Shown: positions 18,549-27,387 of the stretch, in pieces
How positions within the stretch are numbered: the first letter of the stretch is position 1
How the letters are laid out: every line of letters begins with the position of its first letter
Assembly: GCF_000015145.1 (NCBI RefSeq)
Contig: NC_008818.1
Coordinates: 420,001-452,000 of the forward strand
DNA length: 32,000 nucleotides
Source of the DNA: Hyperthermus butylicus DSM 5456
GTDB lineage: Archaea; Thermoproteota; Thermoprotei_A; Sulfolobales; Pyrodictiaceae
Direction of reading: 5' to 3'
Position numbers and translations under genes: made by a program
The notes under the pieces: model-generated
Databases searched by the model: none
The model's input: the letters and a program-made list of their open reading frames with translations, nothing else
What the model was told of the DNA's origin: nothing

Positions 18549-19886
18549 TCACTCCTTCCTTTCTAGCAGCGCATAGAAGAACCCTGTTGTCCCGTGTCGG
18601 TGGGGCCAAGCCCTCATAGTGCCTGGGAGAAGCGGGGATGGATCATATGGGCCGGTAAGGGGCACAATCTCGATACCCTTCACCGTCTCTAGTAACCATT
18701 TTATGTTCTCCTCGCCCTCCTCGGGTAGAACGCTGCAAACCGTATAAAGGAGGAGGCCGCCAGGCTTTAGCAGCTTAACAGCTTCAAGTAGTAAGCGGCG
18801 CTGGAGCCCCACATGCCTTACTATGGCTTCCCTTGTGAGCCTCCACCTGGCCTCGGGATGCTTTGCCAAAGCACCAGTACTAGTGCAAGGTGGGTCAAGG
18901 AGAACTCTATCAACTCTGTCCCTGACATAGCGGGATGCAAAGATCGCATCACTTCTAACTGGGTATATTGAAGGCCACGTGCCAGTGCGCGTTGCCAGCT
19001 CTATTAGCCGCTCAAGCCTATCTATAAAGACGTCTATCGCTACTATCCTCGCTCCGAGCGCTGATAGCTCGGCTAGATGTGTTGTCTTGCCTCCAGGAGC
19101 AGCACACATATCGACTATTAGCTCGCCGGGCTTTGCACCTAGTAGGTAGCCAGCAGCAGCACTAGCCTCGTCCTGCGGCACGACCTTGCCCTCAAGTAGG
19201 GGTTTAAACCGGCTATAGTTGAGGGAGCCCTTGTAGGATACGTGGTATGGTATGCGTGTACTAGGCCACGCATCTACTCCTGCATACTGAAGCTCCTCAA
19301 TAATCTCCTCAACACTGGCCTTTAACCTATTGACGCGAAAGCCTAACGTGGGCCTATCCGTGTTTACAGCTTTTGCAAACTCTTCAACCTCACCGGGAGG
19401 TAACAGCTTCTGAAGCTCCTCTACTAGTATCCGGGGAAGAAGGAGTCGATACTCTAGCTCTTCGAGCTTCGTGGATGGACTCCAGGGCTCCTTCTCTAGG
19501 CTCTTGTAGAGCCTTACTACCAGTTCCCCCATCCCCGGGTACTCTGACTCAATAATCCTCGCAAGGTTTTCTATGAGAGACTCACTAAACACTCTGTCGC
19601 CCACCGTATCGAATTGGGAGACCATGACTGCTAGTCGTAGAGCCTGCATGACTGGTGTGGGATAGTCAATTCTGCCTATGCGTTCAGCTATTATCTTATC
19701 CACGATGCCGAGTAGCCTAAACATCCTATAGGTTATCGCTGTAAATACACGGTCGTACTTTGTGCCCAGTATGTGGTAGCGTGCAAAAACCCTCCTCTTT
19801 GCAGCTTGAAATGGCTTAATCCTGTCGCCAAGCACTAGGGCTTCAAGATAGGCTCTCGCTATCCTCACCGTAACCCTTAGCGGCAT
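18549..19886 (-). CDS. RNA m5C methyltransferase, Nop2/Sun (RsmB-like) family with N-terminal NusB-like region
   Basis: DMCAAPGGKTTHLAELSALGARIVAID, VLLDPPCTSTGALAKHPEARWR, LLYTVCSVLPEEGEENI (TC and PC catalytic motifs present). Confidence 0.92.
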   Translation of the reverse strand: MPLRVTVRIARAYLEALVLGDRIKPFQAAKRRVFARYHILGTKYDRVFTAITYRMFRLLGIVDKIIAERIGRIDYPTPVMQALRLAVMVSQFDTVGDRVFSESLIENLARIIESEYPGMGELVVRLYKSLEKEPWSPSTKLEELEYRLLLPRILVEELQKLLPPGEVEEFAKAVNTDRPTLGFRVNRLKASVEEIIEELQYAGVDAWPSTRIPYHVSYKGSLNYSRFKPLLEGKVVPQDEASAAAGYLLGAKPGELIVDMCAAPGGKTTHLAELSALGARIVAIDVFIDRLERLIELATRTGTWPSIYPVRSDAIFASRYVRDRVDRVLLDPPCTSTGALAKHPEARWRLTREAIVRHVGLQRRLLLEAVKLLKPGGLLLYTVCSVLPEEGEENIKWLLETVKGIEIVPLTGPYDPSPLLPGTMRAWPHRHGTTGFFYALLERKE

Positions 19887-19892
19887 CCCAAG

Positions 19893-20802
19893 CTAGCCCC
19901 TTAATACTTCTTCCAGCCCTTTAACAGCAAGGTATACCGCCATGTTATAGGGAGTGTAGAGCCCCCGGACAACAGCCTCGCGGATAATATAGCCATTTAT
20001 GTAGTCTACCTCGGTCGCAACTCTAGCCTCTATATCCTGTAACATTTTAGGTCTACAACCCCGCACAGATACGAGTTCCTTTGCAGCTTCAACTGGTCTT
20101 CGTAGAAGTTGTATGCCAAGCTTCTCAGCTACAAGCTCAACCTCGCCTGCAAGGGACTCCACTAGCTGCATAGCATAGCTAGACCTAGCGAGCCTTGATA
20201 CTGCAACCACCTAGTAAGGCTGATACAGGCTGCACCGAGGCTGCCACTGACAACGCATCCCAGGCAACTGATCCGATTTTCTCGGAGCCATAAAGCCTAG
20301 CATCTAGCCTGTATACCTTTGCGATGTCCATCACAACACGACCTGCATCGTTAAGCCCTGCAAAGACTGCAAATCCGTTACCACTCCATTCAACTGTTGA
20401 ACTAGTTATCTTCCACACACAAGTGCCGAGGTGTAGAAACCCCGCAATAGGAAATCCAGCACTCTCTGCCTCCTCGAGAGCCAAGGGTGAAGGTTGCAGC
20501 AAAACGATTCCAAGAGCATCGCTTGAAAGAAGCTGGCTAGCCACTTTCAGCCCTTCCCGGAGCCCATTAAGGCGAAATGCCAGGAATGCTAGCTTATACT
20601 GTGGCTGAGCGAGACTGACATGCGCTGCTGAAACCCTTGCATAGGCCTCGCCATGTCCAACAACTCTAATACCATTAGCTGCTATTGCAGCAACCGCCTC
20701 ATCGTGGCTACAGAAGAGGATGGGCTTGTAGCCGGAGGCTGCTAGCCCAGCTGCAAGGAATAATCCCGTACTACCACATCCCACCACGGCGATTTGAATC
20801 AA
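19893..20802 (-). pseudogene. panE: 2-dehydropantoate 2-reductase (ketopantoate reductase), split by one frameshift
   Basis: N-terminal ORF (track 20185..20898; likely TTG start at 20802) IAVVGCGSTGLFLAAGLAASGYK...IGSVAWDALSVAASVQPVSALLGG. C-terminal ORF 19893..20210 in another frame: MLQDIEARVATEVDYINGYIIREAVVRGLYTPYNMAVYLAVKGLEEVL, typical ApbA C-terminal domain. Confidence 0.8.
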
Positions 20803-20929
20803 TGCAGGCCAACACCCTATGCTGGGATCTTGAGCCTCCCCGCTTATACGCTGGACTACACTGCAATACCATGTGTATAGGAGTAATAATAGGAGCACCC
20901 CGCCACCCCCCTAGCTAGGGATCCATGCT

Positions 20930-21280
20930 TTGAGAAGGTTGGGCACCGTGCTACATACAACACCGAACGGATACATAGTGGTGAAGCTAGAGGAACAGCA
21001 GCCACCGCCACTCAATGTTAGGGTGTATGACAGGGATCTAAGGCCCATAGGCGTGCTACTCGACATCATAGGCCCTGTAAAGGAGCCCTATGCCGTGGTT
21101 AAGCCCGCGAGTAGGGAGATCAAGCTGGCTAGTGGCGAAGTGGTATACTATAAGCCGCCTAGGCCACAGAAGAGAGGCAGGAGGCCGCGCAAAACGAGAA
21201 CTCCAAGACAACACCGTGGTAGACAGGCTGGCCGGAGGGGTGGCGGGGGTGGTAGGGGGAGGGGAGGTAGGAGGAGATGA
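20930..21280 (+). CDS. gar1: H/ACA RNP component Gar1 with Gly/Arg-rich C-terminal tail
   Basis: RRLGTVLHTTPNGYIVVKL...VRVYDRDLRPIGVLLDIIGPVKEPYAVVKP is the Gar1 beta-barrel signature; tail GRRPRKTRTPRQHRGRQAGRRGGGGGRGRGGRRR. Confidence 0.9.
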   Translation: MRRLGTVLHTTPNGYIVVKLEEQQPPPLNVRVYDRDLRPIGVLLDIIGPVKEPYAVVKPASREIKLASGEVVYYKPPRPQKRGRRPRKTRTPRQHRGRQAGRRGGGGGRGRGGRRR

Positions 21281-22170
21281 GTATACCTCTACCCAAGGGT
21301 CTGGAATATTGTCCCGTGTGTAAGGCGCCCCTAAAGCTCTACGCTAAACGTGATGGGAGTAAGCTAGTCTGCACCAACTGTGGCTACGTGATAGACGATG
21401 CACCACTAGACACTGGACCCGAGTGGAGGAGCTATACTGAAGAGGATAGGCTGCTTAGGAGCAGGGTTGGCGCACCTTTAACCGAGCGGGTACACGATAA
21501 AGGCTTGACAACATATGTCCAGCGGAACCGCCGAGACCCACGTGCAATGAAGATTGTGCAGCTACAAACACAGCTTAGAACCCACGGCCAAAAGAAGATG
21601 ATTAAGCTCCTGCAGGACCTCAATCACTTTGTCGCAAAGCTTAATCTCCCACCACGCGTCGCCGAGACCATGGCTAAGCTCGTGAAGAAGCTATACCTTA
21701 TGGGCGTTATCAAGAAGAATAATGAGCATGTCTACCTTGCAGCTGCAGCAGTCATAGCTTCAAGGATAGAGGGGCACTCACTAACAATGCGCGATGTTGC
21801 CGAGACTCTCGGACTGAGCAGGCAGGAGATTTGGAAGGCTTACAGGAAGATAGTGACAAAGCTCAAGGTGAGAGTTGCAACTCCACCCAGACCACAAATG
21901 TACGTATCAAAGATAGCGTCAAAGCTCAAGCTTTCTGGCGAGGTTGAGGCATTAGCTACCCGATTCACAATAATGCTAACCAAGACCGGTATTGCGCAGG
22001 GCAAGCCGCCGGAAGCTCTGGCAGCTGCAGCCGTCTACGTGGCATCCATACTACTCGACGAGAAAAGGAACCAGCAGAGAGTCGCACAAGCAATAGGAGT
22101 TACGGATGCAACAATAAGGAACAGGTATAGAGATATCGTAGACAACTTCTACATTGAGGTTAGGCTTTAG
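21277..22170 (+). CDS. tfb: Transcription initiation factor TFB (TFIIB)
   Basis: Zinc ribbon CPVCKAPLKLYAKRDGSKLVCTNCGYVID, B-reader/linker GPEWRSYTEEDRLLRSRVGAPLT, two cyclin folds; ATGA overlap with gar1. Confidence 0.96.
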   Translation: MSIPLPKGLEYCPVCKAPLKLYAKRDGSKLVCTNCGYVIDDAPLDTGPEWRSYTEEDRLLRSRVGAPLTERVHDKGLTTYVQRNRRDPRAMKIVQLQTQLRTHGQKKMIKLLQDLNHFVAKLNLPPRVAETMAKLVKKLYLMGVIKKNNEHVYLAAAAVIASRIEGHSLTMRDVAETLGLSRQEIWKAYRKIVTKLKVRVATPPRPQMYVSKIASKLKLSGEVEALATRFTIMLTKTGIAQGKPPEALAAAAVYVASILLDEKRNQQRVAQAIGVTDATIRNRYRDIVDNFYIEVRL

Positions 22171-22409
22171 CTAGACTTCTTTCTCCCTTTCTTCCAAACC
22201 TGTCTAGCCACCACCACATATTTCATACTGGCTGCCCACTTTACCGCCTTCAACGGTTTACGGTAGTGTGAACCCGCAAATCTATGCCGGATAAAAATAT
22301 AGGGGCTCCAAACCCTATTATTACAGTTCGGTGGCTACAGCTACTGTATGTACAGTCGCCGCCTACAGAACAAAGCTAGCTTTAGCGTAGGGGAAGGGGA
22401 GGCCAGGCC

Positions 22410-22844
22410 TTGAGTACGGCAATAGAGCCCTCGATAGAGGATGTTGGATACCGTGGTCTTGACGAGCTTGAAGCGCGTGCCCTCGAGATCATAAAGTCTA
22501 GAGGCAATGAAGGCATCTACCAACATGAGCTGTGGAAAGCATTAGGCCTTGATAGTCGTGAAGGGTCAAGGCTGACATTGAGGCTCCTAAAGAAGGGACT
22601 TATTGTGCGCGAACCTGCCGTGCATAGAGGTAGAAGGACTTACAAGTTATACCTGGCTAAGCAGGTTAAGCAGCAGGTTCGGCTAGAGGTGAGGATAGGT
22701 AATGCTCTGGAAATACCATGCTTTACCTGTAAGAACCTTGAAAAATGCCATAGTGGCGGCTTCTTCGACCCGATAAACTGCCCTATGTTTGGTGCCTGGC
22801 TCAACACTAAGATTAGGATGTTGAGGAGGGCGATGCAGAGCTAA
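22410..22844 (+). CDS. TFE-beta-like basal transcription factor (RPC34/RPC39 winged-helix plus Fe-S cluster)
   Basis: Winged helix GNEGIYQHELWKALGLDSREGSRLTLRLLKKGLIVREPAVHRGRRTYKLY followed by four-Cys motif CFTCKNLEKCHSGGFFDPINCPMFGAWL, resembling the hRPC39/TFE-beta Fe-S motif. TTG start. Confidence 0.8.
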   Translation: MSTAIEPSIEDVGYRGLDELEARALEIIKSRGNEGIYQHELWKALGLDSREGSRLTLRLLKKGLIVREPAVHRGRRTYKLYLAKQVKQQVRLEVRIGNALEIPCFTCKNLEKCHSGGFFDPINCPMFGAWLNTKIRMLRRAMQS

Positions 22845-24031
22845 CGCCTAGTTTCTAGGAGCATCTTTACCACAGCCCAGTGGGGTGCATTAGTTTTAAA
22901 GCCGCGTGGATCGAAATGCGTTCTGGTTGCATTGTAGCCTCGGTTACGGAGTTCCTCGACTACTGTGTTCATCTTAGGCATGTTCATGCGTAGTATACTG
23001 CATAGCTTGTCGAGCCTATAATAGGGCTTTACTATGTCACACTCCTTGAGGAGTTGTTCTAGAAGTTTTACAACCCTATCAGGTTCTGCTAGTATGTCCC
23101 ACATCTTCTCAGCTTCTCTCAACATCTCCTCTATGAATGACTCGTCGCAGAGCTTCCCGATATATAGTGGGCCTACTATGCCTAACTGTGCTTGGCAGTA
23201 GGGGCAGCGTTCTAACGGATTGCTAGCTAGGCTAGTGTAGCCACAGCTGTAGCAATATGCACCGTAGCCTAGCTGTTCCAGTGACTTATCTGCCCGGCCT
23301 GCCCCCCGCCATAGCTCGGCATAGATTCGGACATAGTAGTCTACATAGTAGGCTAGAAGTATGCGGACACCATACTCGTGTGCTGCTGCGCGCCTTATAA
23401 TGTAGCCTGCTAGTATACGTACTGCCTGCTCTTTTTCCCATGCAAGTCTTCCAGGCCTTACATCATAGCGTCGGCGTAGAGCTCTAGGATGCGTTCCAGA
23501 GAGGGGGGCTGTATCTGTCGCTGTTACAGCGAGTACGCCTCGGGGTCTTAGGGCTTGTATAGCAGTGTCTAGGAATGGCGCGGGACTACCGAAAGGATCT
23601 ATATCTATTATCGTTGGCTTCACCCCCATCCTCGGAAGCCGCGCCATAAACTCGTTTGCATCCGCCTTTTCCACACGAACTCTCTCGGAGACCTTATTCC
23701 GCTCAGCATTAACTCTCGAGAGGTATACGGCGTCGGAATCTATGTCTGAGGCAAACACTATTGCCCCAGCCTCAACAGCATAGCGTACCGCCCTAACACC
23801 ACTACCAGCAAGTGGCTCTACAACAACGAGCTTATCGAGTCCACGTAGCCTAGCATATGTACGCGCAAACACCACCGCTATGTCACGATTGAACGCCATC
23901 CTCGGATTATAGAAGACTGGCGCCCACGCAGGCTCGTAGACACCATTGGGTCTACGATAGACATCCATGTCAGGTACAACGATTTCCACGCCGCCTTCAC
24001 GTACGACTCTCACTGGGAATCCTACATCCAT
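22841..24031 (-). CDS. trm1: tRNA (guanine26-N2)-dimethyltransferase Trm1
   Basis: VVREGGVEIVVPD, MAFNRDIAVVFARTY, VVEPLAGSGVRAVRYA, DIDPFGSPAPFLDTAIQALRPRGVLAVTATDTAPLSG, zinc motif YCYSCGYTS...CPYC. Start refined from 24106 to the internal ATG at 24031 (MDVGFPVRV). Confidence 0.94.
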   Translation of the reverse strand: MDVGFPVRVVREGGVEIVVPDMDVYRRPNGVYEPAWAPVFYNPRMAFNRDIAVVFARTYARLRGLDKLVVVEPLAGSGVRAVRYAVEAGAIVFASDIDSDAVYLSRVNAERNKVSERVRVEKADANEFMARLPRMGVKPTIIDIDPFGSPAPFLDTAIQALRPRGVLAVTATDTAPLSGTHPRALRRRYDVRPGRLAWEKEQAVRILAGYIIRRAAAHEYGVRILLAYYVDYYVRIYAELWRGAGRADKSLEQLGYGAYCYSCGYTSLASNPLERCPYCQAQLGIVGPLYIGKLCDESFIEEMLREAEKMWDILAEPDRVVKLLEQLLKECDIVKPYYRLDKLCSILRMNMPKMNTVVEELRNRGYNATRTHFDPRGFKTNAPHWAVVKMLLETRR

Positions 24032-24135
24032 ACCAGCTATACCCCTAACATCCCTGGCAGAGGTGGGGGTGCAAAAACAATGAAACCGTAAAGAATATAC
24101 CCACACACCATTAGATGCACAGCCTACACTGGAAG

Positions 24136-24212
24136 CCGCCGTAGCTCAGCCTGGCGGAGCGCCGCCCTGGTAAGGCGGAGGTCCCGGGTTCAAATCCCGG
24201 CGGCGGCTCCAC
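24136..24212 (+). tRNA. tRNA-Thr (anticodon GGT), no intron, CCA encoded
   Basis: Cloverleaf: acceptor GCCGCCG/CGGCGGC, D-arm GCTC/GAGC, anticodon arm CCGCC-CTGGTAA-GGCGG, T-arm CCGGG-TTCAAAT-CCCGG, discriminator T, then CCA. Confidence 0.97.
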
Positions 24213-24383
24213 CTGCGGGCCTTCCCTTCTCCACGATCCACGGCCATATATTAGGCAGGAAGCTCTTATACCATGCAATAATTGCAATGTTCTACTTCTG
24301 GTACACCTTCATCGCTGCTCTTACACATGCTTGGTACATTCTCTGCAGGGCAGCTGTCTGGACATCTTCTCGTTCTCCTCGCA

Positions 24384-25532
24384 TTAATGCTCTGTTACGT
24401 CTATGAGTTCCAGGTTGCGTATCTTGAACCGCTCCTCTAACGCTACTAGGCCGCGTTCGTGATAGCCTTTAGCCTCCCAGTAGCCGTCAGTGTAGCCTTC
24501 GAGTAGGTGTATCTCGGTGAGCCACTTGGTGTGCTTCCAGCCATACAGCCTGGGGAGTACTAGCCTGGCTGGCGCGCCACGGTCTCTGTCAAGCTGCTTC
24601 CCCTCCAGGCCTATCGCTATGTAGCCGTACTCGAGAGCTTCCTGGAGCGGGACGATAGAGGCGTATCCTCCAGCGCTGCGGGCTAGAAGCCAGCCCCCGG
24701 ACGGCACCTCAGCCCCAGCCAAGCGGAGAACCTCGCGCAACGGGGCGGCTAGCCAACGCTTCCCCCTGACGCTCCAGCCGGTGACGCAGTGCATATCTAG
24801 CACGAGCCACTCAGCAGTCTCCCCAAGGATTCCCTGGTCTATCACCGTGATGCCCCGGGGCGTGTAGACCCGTATCGTAGCGTTGCTGGGCACTGCCTCA
24901 GGAGGACCCTCAGCTGCATAGGTGACGAAACGTGGTATAGCCTTTTGACCGGCGGGTTCACCATCGCCAGGCTCGAGCACCGGCCGGGAAAGGTAGACGG
25001 GTGGCTCCACTGCTTCACCTATCCTCAGCACTGCACCCTTCTCCAGACGCTCTCTAACACCATCGTCTACACGAGCCATGAGGCTCACAGGGAGCACAGC
25101 TGTAGCTGTTAGCACGACGCCTCGAGCCTCTACGACTCGGGCCTCGCCTCCGCCTCGCAGTGGAGCACTGTGTACTGTGAACCTTCTGCGGGCAAGCGGC
25201 TCCACGCTGTAACCCGTGGCTTCGAGGGCCTCCTTGAGGCCGAGACCATGGTCTAGGAGCCGGAGGAGCCCCTCTATCGCCGCGTGGGCCTCGCCTCGGG
25301 CGCCCACCTTACCCGTCACTGTACAGTCTGCAACTACTATGGGCTCTGGCGCTGCTAATCGATTCAAGTAGACCCTGCATCCATGAACCTCGGCTGGCAA
25401 GCCAGGGTCCCCCCAACGCCCCCAGGGAGGGGGCCAGGCTTCAAGCCTCACTACATTTATGACATGTCCCTCGGATAACATCATCAACTCCTCTGTGAAG
25501 CCGTGGATATGTGATGCTTGTACCACTGTCAT
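24384..25532 (-). CDS. SUOX-like molybdopterin-binding oxidoreductase domain protein with unassigned N-terminal region; start uncertain
   Basis: C-terminal part WLVLDMHCVTGWSVRGKRWLAAPLREVLRLAG...GAPARLVLPRLYGWKHTKWLTEIHLLEGYTDGYWEAKGYHERG matches the sulfite-oxidase/YedY-like Mo domain incl. the candidate Mo-ligating Cys. Confidence 0.8.
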   Translation of the reverse strand: MTVVQASHIHGFTEELMMLSEGHVINVVRLEAWPPPWGRWGDPGLPAEVHGCRVYLNRLAAPEPIVVADCTVTGKVGARGEAHAAIEGLLRLLDHGLGLKEALEATGYSVEPLARRRFTVHSAPLRGGGEARVVEARGVVLTATAVLPVSLMARVDDGVRERLEKGAVLRIGEAVEPPVYLSRPVLEPGDGEPAGQKAIPRFVTYAAEGPPEAVPSNATIRVYTPRGITVIDQGILGETAEWLVLDMHCVTGWSVRGKRWLAAPLREVLRLAGAEVPSGGWLLARSAGGYASIVPLQEALEYGYIAIGLEGKQLDRDRGAPARLVLPRLYGWKHTKWLTEIHLLEGYTDGYWEAKGYHERGLVALEERFKIRNLELIDVTEH

Positions 25533-25623
25533 ACCCTCGGCTAGTCTGAGAGTATTCCATTCGACCTGGTACCGCGCAGTGTCGCGGAGCCGGGAAACAT
25601 CGAGGCATTAAGGAGTACATAGC

Positions 25624-26804
25624 CTACCGCTTTACTCTTATACAGCTGCTTTGCTCGCTAACTACGAGGCGTGAATCTGCCAGATATATTCTCCTACACG
25701 CCCATACGGTGTAGCCTCGTAAGGCTTGAAGTGAACCAGCAACGAAAAGTATGGCTGCAGGTAGTGCAAGCGCCATGGAGTATGGCGGGTACTTGTTTAG
25801 TCTTGCTGCGCTAGCGTATGCAGCTAACTCTAGCGCTAAGGCCACAAGCGCTATGGGCTTTGCAGTGTAGGGGGCTGCTAAGAGGGCTAGGGGTGGCGCA
25901 TAAATCAACATGACCATTACTGCTAGAGCTGCGGCTCTCTCAGCTCGTGGATAATCTAGGAGTATCTTGCCGAGAAGTAAAAGTAGTCCCTAACACTCTT
26001 CACCGCATCTACTGCTACCATCTCGCGGGCATCAAAGATCTTTAGTTCTACATTCTTTGCTGCCGCGAGACTAGCAAAAGCCACATCTTCTGTAACCCTT
26101 TGCTTGACCACTCTATGGCCTCCGAGCTCGGCATAGAGCTGTCTCCTTATGGCCCAGCAGCATCCATAAATCCATGGCTTGCTTTTTCTATGGTGCCCAG
26201 CTAACCCTTGTATGATCGCTGTTACTACTGTTTCGAAGCCTATACAGAGCCGGGATTTTCCACAGTTGAAAAGGGGTACGAAGCTCACTATAACCCTACT
26301 ATTTGGGTTGCAAAGAACTCTCTGCACTACTGATAATATACAACCCGTGTTTATTAGCTCCACATCAGAGTCTAGGAAGAACAATATGTCGCCACGCGCA
26401 ATATTTGCACCAACCCATAACGCGTAGCTCTTGGGAAGCCAATCTCTTGGCGTAGAGTCTATCCGCACGTAACGTACATGCGCCGCTGTAGGGTGCTGCC
26501 GCACTATTTCCACTACGTTCGCAGTGCTAGCATCATCCACTACTATCAGTTCCAGCTTATATCTTTCAACATACCCCTTTAGAGCATCTAGGAGCTTCCT
26601 AAGCCCTTCACGGTTATTACGTACAACAACTATGACCGAAATCAAACACTTAGCCTCCACCCTCCCCGAACAGTTCAGTTTAAACGTACCATGCGCAATA
26701 CTACGCCTAACTCCGAACAGGATATGATGCCACAGCAGCGCCAGAAGGAGCGTGAATAGCAGCGCCACGACTTCTAGGCCTTGAAGAGCTGCTATGGACA
26801 TCAC
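25624..26804 (-). pseudogene. Membrane-associated family-2 glycosyltransferase, split by one frameshift (ORFs 25956..26804 and 25624..25917)
   Basis: GT-A motifs VIVVVRNNREGLRKLLDALKG, LIVVDDAST, ILFFLDSDVELI, WIYGCCWAIRRQLYAELGGHRVVKQRVTEDV; the other frame continues LDYPRAERAAALAVMVMLIYAPPLALLAAPYTAKPIALVAL, a multi-pass C-terminal membrane region. Confidence 0.72.
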
Positions 26805-26876
26805 CTAGGTACTAGGCTATAATGCACTGAGTTTATAGCCAGGCTTTCACTAAGCGGCTGGCCGGGTGCTAAGCCT

Positions 26877-27146
26877 ATGCCCGTGGAGGTAAAGAGCGAA
26901 GAGGAATTCCTAAAGGTGCTTGAACGGGCACGTGAGTGCAGGGTTAAACTTGGATACAGGCGTAAGGAGACGGAAGAGGGAACGAGAAGGATTAGAGTCC
27001 TAAAGGTTAAGGCACGAACGCCAAAGTATCTCTACACACTGGTATTCGAAGACATTGACAAGGGTATCGAGTTCATAAAAACAATTAAGGATAAGTGTCA
27101 AAATCTCGTCATATTCGACGAAGAGGTAAGAAACAAGCTCGCATAA
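26877..27146 (+). CDS. rpl38e: Ribosomal protein L38e-like
   Basis: Start MPVEVKSEEEFLKVLERARECRVK and core KVKARTPKYLYTLVFEDIDKG resemble eukaryotic/crenarchaeal L38e; TATA-like GGCTATAATG upstream. Confidence 0.68.
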   Translation: MPVEVKSEEEFLKVLERARECRVKLGYRRKETEEGTRRIRVLKVKARTPKYLYTLVFEDIDKGIEFIKTIKDKCQNLVIFDEEVRNKLA

Positions 27147-27387
27147 CTCCTCGCGTCAAAACTCAGCAACAGCGTAGCAGCACAGCTTCTTTCAACCATA
27201 TACTTCCACTCTTCGCATAGTAATCGAATACCAGTACGTAGAACACTATCAACACAAAATAGAGATTATATCTCCTTAGTGTTTCTCGTAGAAATCCGCA
27301 CATAGGTATGTATAGATTGCTGGAAGAACTGACAGCGAAAAGCCAGAACATGTGTGATGGATGGGGCGGCGGGCACCCGGGGGAGGG

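Noticed and set aside
20185-20213. Programmed ribosomal frameshifting in panE
   Set aside because: No convincing slippery heptamer or downstream pseudoknot seen, and panE is not known for recoding; a mutation or sequencing error is the simpler explanation.
25460-25490. TTGATGATG on the minus strand resembling box C
   Set aside because: No box D partner; may lie in the N-terminal part of the SUOX-like ORF.
27163-27351. 62-aa hydrophobic minus-strand ORF MFWLFAV...YNLYFVLIVFYVLVFDYYAKSG...
   Set aside because: Could be a small membrane protein but has no homology cue or clear start signal; AT-rich intergenic DNA readily yields such ORFs. Not supported enough to list.
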